Assembly: GCA_963836205.1 (NCBI GenBank)
Contig: CAWIIV010000011.1
Span: forward strand, 64,001-128,000
Reading direction: 5' to 3'
Origin: an uncultured Acidimicrobiia bacterium
GTDB lineage: Bacteria > Actinomycetota > Acidimicrobiia > Acidimicrobiales > AC-14
Length of the DNA stretch: 64,000 nt
This document shows positions 58,765 to 64,000 of this stretch, one piece after another. Position 1 is the stretch's first letter, and every line of letters starts with the position of its first letter. The notes under the pieces were generated by a model. It did no database searches and was not told the origin of the DNA. It saw only the letters and a program-made list of their open reading frames with translations. Both the position numbers and the translations under genes were made by a program.

Positions 58765-60102
58765 TCAGCGGGAGGGCGCCAACCGAGCGATGGCGGCCAC
58801 CGCCCGGTAGGCGGCCTCCGCGGGACCCCGCTCGTCCTCCCGCAGGAGGTTGGCCATGATGCGCAGCACCCATTCCATGAGCGTGCGCGACCGCATCCCG
58901 GTGCCGACCAGCATCCGCATGAGCTGGGGGTGGCCGATGATCTTCACGAACGCCCGCGCCACCCGGTAGTAGAGGTCGTACTCGGCCCGCAGCCGGTCCT
59001 CGTAGGTGCGCAGGGCCGCCGCCTGGCCGGTGTCGAGGGCCTGGTGGACGGCCTCGGCCGCGTACCGGCCCGTCTCGTAGGCGTAGGCGATGCCCTCACC
59101 GTTGAAGGGGTTGATGGCTCCGGCGGCGTCGCCGGTGGTGAGCCACGTCGGTCCGAACGACGGCCCCACCGACAGGCCCATGGGGAGCTTGCCCCCGGTG
59201 GGCGGGCCGAGCGACGTCTCCGGCGAGATGCCCCACGAGGCGGGGGCGTAGTCGACGAAGGCGTCCATCAGCTTGGACGTGTTGACTTCCTTCCACTGCT
59301 TGAACGTGGAGAGCAGGCCCACGCCCACGTTCACCCGGCCGTCGCCCAGGGGGAAGATCCACCCGTAGCCGGGCAGGACGTGGCCGTTGGCGTCGCGCAC
59401 GTCGAGGTGGGACTCGATCCACGGCTCGTTCGACCGGGGAGACGTGAAGTACCCCCGGATCGCCATGCCCAGGGGGTAGGCCCGGTCGCGGGAGCAGCCG
59501 AGGGCCCGCCCGAACCTGCTGTTGGCCCCGTCGGCGACCACGGTGTAGGTGGCCCGGATGGTGGTGGTGTCGCCCGTGTCCTTGTTCTTGACGACCGCGC
59601 CCCGGGGGATGCCGCCGTCGAGGTTGGGCTCGATCGCCTCCATCCCCTGGAGGACGAGCGCACCCGCCTTCTCCGCCCGCTCGGCCACCATCTGGTCGAG
59701 GTCGTGGCGGGTGATGACGTAGCCGTGGCGGGGGAAGCCGGGCCGCTCGGGCCACTTGAGCTCGATGGTCTTGCCGAAGGCGATCGACCGCAGGCCGTCG
59801 AAGCGGTGGGCCCCGACCGCCAGGCCGTCGGCCAGGCCCATGTCGTCGAGCTGCTTGACCGCCCGCGGGGTCAGCCCGTCGCCGCAGGTCTTGACCCGGG
59901 GGAAGTGCTTCTTCTCCACGACCACCACGTCGTGGCCCATCTCGGCCAGCCAGTAGGCGCAGGCCGCCCCCGAGGGACCGCCACCGACCACCAGGACTTC
60001 GTGGTCGGTCCCTGGGTGGCCGGTCCCTGGGTGGCCGGTCCCTGGGTGGCCGGTCCCTGGGTGGTCGGTCCCTGGGTGGTCGGTCCCTGGGTGGTCGGCC
60101 AC
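58765..60102 (-). CDS. Geranylgeranyl reductase family (MenJ-like menaquinone reductase)
   Basis: VGGGPSG, K.CGDGLTPRA, YGWIFP, GDAAG.INPFNGEGI; TAAAGT-N6-GTG. Confidence 0.88.
   Translation of the reverse strand: MADHPGTDHPGTDHPGTGHPGTGHPGTGHPGTDHEVLVVGGGPSGAACAYWLAEMGHDVVVVEKKHFPRVKTCGDGLTPRAVKQLDDMGLADGLAVGAHRFDGLRSIAFGKTIELKWPERPGFPRHGYVITRHDLDQMVAERAEKAGALVLQGMEAIEPNLDGGIPRGAVVKNKDTGDTTTIRATYTVVADGANSRFGRALGCSRDRAYPLGMAIRGYFTSPRSNEPWIESHLDVRDANGHVLPGYGWIFPLGDGRVNVGVGLLSTFKQWKEVNTSKLMDAFVDYAPASWGISPETSLGPPTGGKLPMGLSVGPSFGPTWLTTGDAAGAINPFNGEGIAYAYETGRYAAEAVHQALDTGQAAALRTYEDRLRAEYDLYYRVARAFVKIIGHPQLMRMLVGTGMRSRTLMEWVLRIMANLLREDERGPAEAAYRAVAAIARLAPSR
60004..60096 (-). repeat. 15-bp coding tandem repeat, (D/G)HPGT x6
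   Basis: GTGG(T/C)CGGTCCCTGG units. Confidence 0.9.
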
Positions 60103-60111
60103 AGTCGGACT

Positions 60112-60762
60112 TTAGAGCCCTTCGCGCTCGTACTGTACGACGAGGGTGATCTCTTCCTCGGTGAGCTGGCCTGCGAACGCCGGCATGCCCCCCGAGGCGG
60201 CGGTGTGCTGTCCACCTTCGCGGGCGGGGTCGCCGTAGGGCTGCCCCTTGATCTTCGACGAACCCTCGGACACGAACTTGACGTGGTCCTCTTCGTTGGG
60301 GAAGGTCTTGGCCACCTCGCCACCGGCGAGCGGGGGACCGACGCCACCCTGGCCCTGGGCCCCGTGGCAGTTGACGCAGCCCGCGGTCTGGAAGATCTCC
60401 TCGCCGGTGGCGGGCCCGGCGGCGGTGCTCGACTCGCCGAACGCCCCCAGGTAGACGATGGCCCACAGCGGCAGCAGCAGGATCACCGGCATCATCCACA
60501 CCGGGATCCCGCTGCGGGGACCGGCGGGGGCGACGTAGGTGGGCAGTGCCTCGGTGGGGCGGGCCGAGGGCGCGGCGGGAGCGCTCGGAGCGCTCGCCGC
60601 GGCCGCGGGTGCCGGTGCGGGGGCCGACCCGGCGGTGGCAGGAGCGGCGTCGCCCCCCGAGCCCTCGTCCGCCGGCGCGGGCGCGTCGCCGCCTCCCCCG
60701 AGGCCCAGCGCCGCCCGCCGGGCGCGTGAACGTTCGAGTAGGTAGTCGGGGACCTCGGTCAT
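60112..60762 (-). CDS. Membrane-anchored monoheme cytochrome c
   Basis: TM helix, CVNCH, GGMPAF. Confidence 0.88.
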   Translation of the reverse strand: MTEVPDYLLERSRARRAALGLGGGGDAPAPADEGSGGDAAPATAGSAPAPAPAAAASAPSAPAAPSARPTEALPTYVAPAGPRSGIPVWMMPVILLLPLWAIVYLGAFGESSTAAGPATGEEIFQTAGCVNCHGAQGQGGVGPPLAGGEVAKTFPNEEDHVKFVSEGSSKIKGQPYGDPAREGGQHTAASGGMPAFAGQLTEEEITLVVQYEREGL

Positions 60763-60911
60763 AACGCCCTGAATGTAAACCGGCAGTACCCGCGAGAGCG
60801 AAGTGGAGGCCCCACAGGGAGGGCGCCGCCCCCCGTGGCGCCCGCCGCCACCGAGGGGACGCGGCGCGTCCCGCCCCCGCACCACCGTCCCCGGGCTCCG
60901 GCCTCCCGGTG

Positions 60912-61222
60912 TGTCGAGACGGTGGCGACCTGGCTTCGTGGGCATGAAAAGGGGCGCCCGACGCCCCTTTTCATGCCCACGAACAGCGGACGCGCCAGCG
61001 TCCCCGGACGCGGCACGGTCTCTCCGGCAGGGCTGGCGACAAAGGGGCCGGTGACGCAGGCCGGAACAGGAAGACGGCGCCCTTCGGGTCACGGTCTCGG
61101 GCCCATGTCGAGACGGTGGCACCCGATCGGGACGCGCCAGGGTCCCCGGAAGCGGCCCGGTCCTTCCGGCAGGGCTGGCGACGAAGGAGCCGGTGCGCCT
61201 GCCGGCACAGAAAGGCAGCCCG
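60912..61222. repeat. Imperfect ~115-130-nt direct duplication with a perfect 22-bp hairpin in copy 1
   Basis: TGTCGAGACGGTGGC...GGACGCGCCAG.GTCCCCGGA...TCCGGCAGGGCTGGCGAC at ~60912 and ~61106; stem 60935-60956/60962-60983. Confidence 0.8.
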
Positions 61223-61336
61223 CCGAAGGCGGCCCGCGCCTTCGACTCCGGGGAGGCGCCCCAACTGTTCTCCGGCGGGGGCGTCGTGGTAAGAACCGCA
61301 GCAAGCCTCCAGATCGATTCGAGGCTGTCTTCCGGG

Positions 61337-61358
61337 TACAATGTGATCGCGTTCACGA
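61337..61358 (+). promoter_or_regulatory. -10 box TACAAT overlapped by a Rex-like operator
   Basis: TACAAT at 61337-61342; ATGTGATCGCGTTCACGA at 61341-61358; GGAGG follows. Confidence 0.6.
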
Positions 61359-61370
61359 GGGGAGGTACCG

Positions 61371-61826
61371 GTGGTCGCGCTAGTGGTTTCCACAGTGGCT
61401 CTGATCGCCGGGATCGCCCTCGTCTTCGCCGTCGGCCGGCGCCGACCGCCGGGCACGCCCGTCACCTGGGGTGAGGCCTTCGTCGGGGGCACCTTCATCT
61501 TCGCCCTGCTGCTCCTCGGCTACGGCATCGTCCCCCACCAGTGGCTCACGTTCGCCGACAACGACCTGTTGTGGCGGCCCGACAAGCTCATGCTCGGTAT
61601 CTCGGGCGACGGGGTCAAGCTCGGCAACGCGGCGTCGGACTTGGGGGGCACGGGTCGTATCATCGTGAATGCCCAGGCGGTGCGAGACATCGTCGCCGCC
61701 ACGATTTACATCGTCCTCCTGGTGATCCAGGTCTGGCTCTGGTCTGTCTGGCAGAAGCGAGGACGCAAGGCTCCGGAGGTCGAGCTCAGCTCGAGGTTCG
61801 GTCGCCCGGTGATGAGGAAGGCCTGA
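61371..61826 (+). CDS. Three-TM hypothetical protein, first gene of the cytochrome b operon
   Basis: TWGEA..G...YGIVPHQWL.FADN; RBS present. Confidence 0.75.
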   Translation: MVALVVSTVALIAGIALVFAVGRRRPPGTPVTWGEAFVGGTFIFALLLLGYGIVPHQWLTFADNDLLWRPDKLMLGISGDGVKLGNAASDLGGTGRIIVNAQAVRDIVAATIYIVLLVIQVWLWSVWQKRGRKAPEVELSSRFGRPVMRKA

Positions 61827-61866
61827 GAGTGGTCCGAACAGTGGTCCAGATGGTGGTGATGAACTG

Positions 61867-62280
61867 ATGGGAAAGAACGACGCCAACCCGCCCATGCCGA
61901 CGTTCAGCGGCGACTACGTCCTGCAGGAGATCCCCAGCGACGAGCTGGCCAAGTCGGTCAAGCCCAAGCAGTTCCTGCACATCGACCAGTCCGAGTGCAT
62001 CATGTGCGAGGGCTGCGTCGACATCTGCCCCTGGAAGTGCATCCACATGCTGTCCACCGACAGCATCTCCGAGGCGCTCAACACCACCGGCCCCGGTGAG
62101 GACCCCGACGACCACGTCGTCTTCATCGTCGACGAGGACGTCTGCACCCGCTGCGGGCTCTGCGTCGACCGCTGCCCCACCGGCGTGATCATCATGGGCA
62201 AGGCCGGCGTCGCCGCCCGCGACGGCGACGCCCACCAGCGAGACGGCAAGCACGGCTACGCCTACGGGATGCGGTTCTAG
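61867..62280 (+). CDS. 2x[4Fe-4S] ferredoxin
   Basis: CIMCEGCVDICP and CTRCGLCVDRCP. Confidence 0.93.
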   Translation: MGKNDANPPMPTFSGDYVLQEIPSDELAKSVKPKQFLHIDQSECIMCEGCVDICPWKCIHMLSTDSISEALNTTGPGEDPDDHVVFIVDEDVCTRCGLCVDRCPTGVIIMGKAGVAARDGDAHQRDGKHGYAYGMRF

Positions 62281-62287
62281 GGTCCCG

Positions 62288-63100
62288 GTGGCGAAGCGAC
62301 TTTCCAGCAACGGGAACGGCAGCGGGGACGGCAACGGGCATCGCCCGTCGTTCCCGGAGAAGCTGGCCGAAGTAGGCGAGAAGATGCGGGGCTCCCAGGC
62401 GTGGGCCTCGATCTTCCGGCCCGGTTCCATCTTCCGCAAGGGCTACACCGACAGCCCCCGTAACCGGTCCTACGTCGTCATGAACAGCCTCATCTACCAC
62501 CTGCACCCGGTGAAGGTGAAGCGCCACGCGGTGAAGGTCAGCTACACGCTGTGCCTGGGCGGGCTGTCGTTCTTCCTCTTCCTGATCCTCACCGTCACCG
62601 GCATCTTCCTGATGTTCTTCTACCGGCCCACGGAGGTGCAGGCGTGGGCCGACATCCGAACGCTCGAGACCTCGGTCACGTTCGGCCTCCTGGTGCGGAA
62701 CATGCATCGATGGGGTGCCCACCTCATGGTGATCACCGTGTTCCTGCACATGGCCCGGGTCTTCTACCACGGCGCCTACAAGCCGCCGCGGGAGTTCAAC
62801 TGGGTGATCGGGGTGATCCTGCTCACCCTCACCCTGCTCCTGTCGTTCACCGGCTACCTGCTGCCCTGGGACCAGTTGGCCCTGTGGGCGGTCACGGTGG
62901 GCACGAACATGATCGGCTATACACCCGTCTTCGGGAATCAGGTGCGCTTCGTCCTGCTGGGCGGAGTGGAGATCAGCACCGAAACTCTGCTCCGATGGTA
63001 CGTACTCCATGTCCTGCTGTTCCCGTTCGTCATCGTCATCTTCATGGCCATCCACTTCTGGCGTGTCCGCAAGGACGGCGGCATCTCGGGGCCGTTGTAG
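62288..63100 (+). CDS. Cytochrome b6-type N-terminal subunit (PetB-like)
   Basis: CLGG, RNMHRW...LHM.RVF, GYLLPWDQ, H-x14-H, ends GISGPL. Confidence 0.92.
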   Translation: MAKRLSSNGNGSGDGNGHRPSFPEKLAEVGEKMRGSQAWASIFRPGSIFRKGYTDSPRNRSYVVMNSLIYHLHPVKVKRHAVKVSYTLCLGGLSFFLFLILTVTGIFLMFFYRPTEVQAWADIRTLETSVTFGLLVRNMHRWGAHLMVITVFLHMARVFYHGAYKPPREFNWVIGVILLTLTLLLSFTGYLLPWDQLALWAVTVGTNMIGYTPVFGNQVRFVLLGGVEISTETLLRWYVLHVLLFPFVIVIFMAIHFWRVRKDGGISGPL

Positions 63101-63124
63101 GCCCGCCGAGGAGGTAAGGAGCAC

Positions 63125-63895
63125 ATGAGCGACGTCCCCGACCACCTACTCCGCCGATCCGCCGAGCGCCGCGCCGCGCTGGGCGGTGGGGCCGCGGGCG
63201 GCGGCCCTCCGGCTGGCGGCGACGGCGGCGACTCCGGCGCGGCCCCGGCCGACGACGGCGAGAAGATCCCGGCCCACCTCCTCCAGCGCTCGGCCACCGG
63301 CACGCAGGCGGTCGGCACCGCCACCCAGACCGCGGCCCCGCCCGCAGCCGCGGCCACAGCCGTCGCCACCGCGCCCGCCCCTGTGGCCAAGGGCCCCGAG
63401 GGTCACACCCAGCGCCTGCTCACCGTGGTCAAGGCGGGCTCGATCCAGGACGTCAAGGCCACCCCCACCGACAAGGTCCACGTGTGGCCCCACCTGCTGG
63501 TGGGCGAGTTCGTGGCCTCCCTGGCCATGACCGCCTTCCTGCTCGTCTTCTCGGCCGTGGTCAACGCCCCGTTCCTGGCCGCGGCCAACTTCAACTTCAC
63601 GCCCAACCCGTCCAAGGCGCCGTGGTACTTCCTCGGCCTCCAGGAGCTGCTCACCATGTTCCACCCCATGGTCGCCGGGGTGACCATCCCGGGCATGGGC
63701 ATCTTCGGCCTCATGCTGGTGCCGTACACCGACAAGAACCCCAGCAACCATCCCGAAGACCGCAAGCTCGCCATCGCCATCATGACCCTGTTCCTGATGT
63801 TCTGGTCGGTGCTGGTGATCATCGGCTGCTTCTTCCGGGGGCCCGGGTTCAACTTCACGTTCCCGTGGCGCGACGGCGTCTTCTTCGACCTGTAG
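63125..63895 (+). CDS. Cytochrome b subunit IV (PetD-like) with low-complexity N-terminus
   Basis: VWPHLL, TPNPSKAPWYFLGLQELL, PYTDKNP. Confidence 0.88.
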   Translation: MSDVPDHLLRRSAERRAALGGGAAGGGPPAGGDGGDSGAAPADDGEKIPAHLLQRSATGTQAVGTATQTAAPPAAAATAVATAPAPVAKGPEGHTQRLLTVVKAGSIQDVKATPTDKVHVWPHLLVGEFVASLAMTAFLLVFSAVVNAPFLAAANFNFTPNPSKAPWYFLGLQELLTMFHPMVAGVTIPGMGIFGLMLVPYTDKNPSNHPEDRKLAIAIMTLFLMFWSVLVIIGCFFRGPGFNFTFPWRDGVFFDL

Positions 63896-63904
63896 GAGCT
63901 CACG

Positions 63905-64000
63905 TTGGAAAGCGCAACCATCCTCCTCGTCGTCCTGGCCGCCCTTGCCGTCCTGATGGCGGGCTTCCTCTACGCCACCGCCCGCCGGCGGGACACCACC
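63905..64000 (+). CDS. Partial ORF, TM N-terminus; possibly the Rieske subunit (context only)
   Basis: GGAG RBS, TTG, hydrophobic helix; runs off the window. Confidence 0.45.
   Translation, partial: MESATILLVVLAALAVLMAGFLYATARRRDTT

Overview
High-GC actinobacterial chromosomal window, probably Acidimicrobiia-like (inferred from gene content). It is dominated by respiration and heme genes: sdhCD, a caa3-type oxidase operon (ctaC-D-E-IV-G), ctaB, a second ctaG, rex-sirC-hemA-hemC-cobA/hemD-hemB-hemL, a menJ-like reductase, a cytochrome c and the start of a b6-type (split cytochrome b) Rieske complex operon. Also present are a split Zn-type ABC system, serS, proC, two VapBC pairs, a TIR-NB-ARC-TPR protein, an orphan DNA methyltransferase and several repeat families. 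The main find is a three-gene 'pseudo-oxidase' module (14102-17458) directly upstream of the true oxidase operon. Its intact, full-length subunit I paralog keeps both low-spin heme His ligands but has lost every CuB/heme a3 ligand and the D- and K-channel residues. It is accompanied by a divergent subunit III and a CtaF-like membrane protein fused to a type-1 copper cupredoxin. About ten small indels, many in homopolymers, break core genes and are most likely assembly errors. All calls come from reading motifs by eye; no database searches were run.
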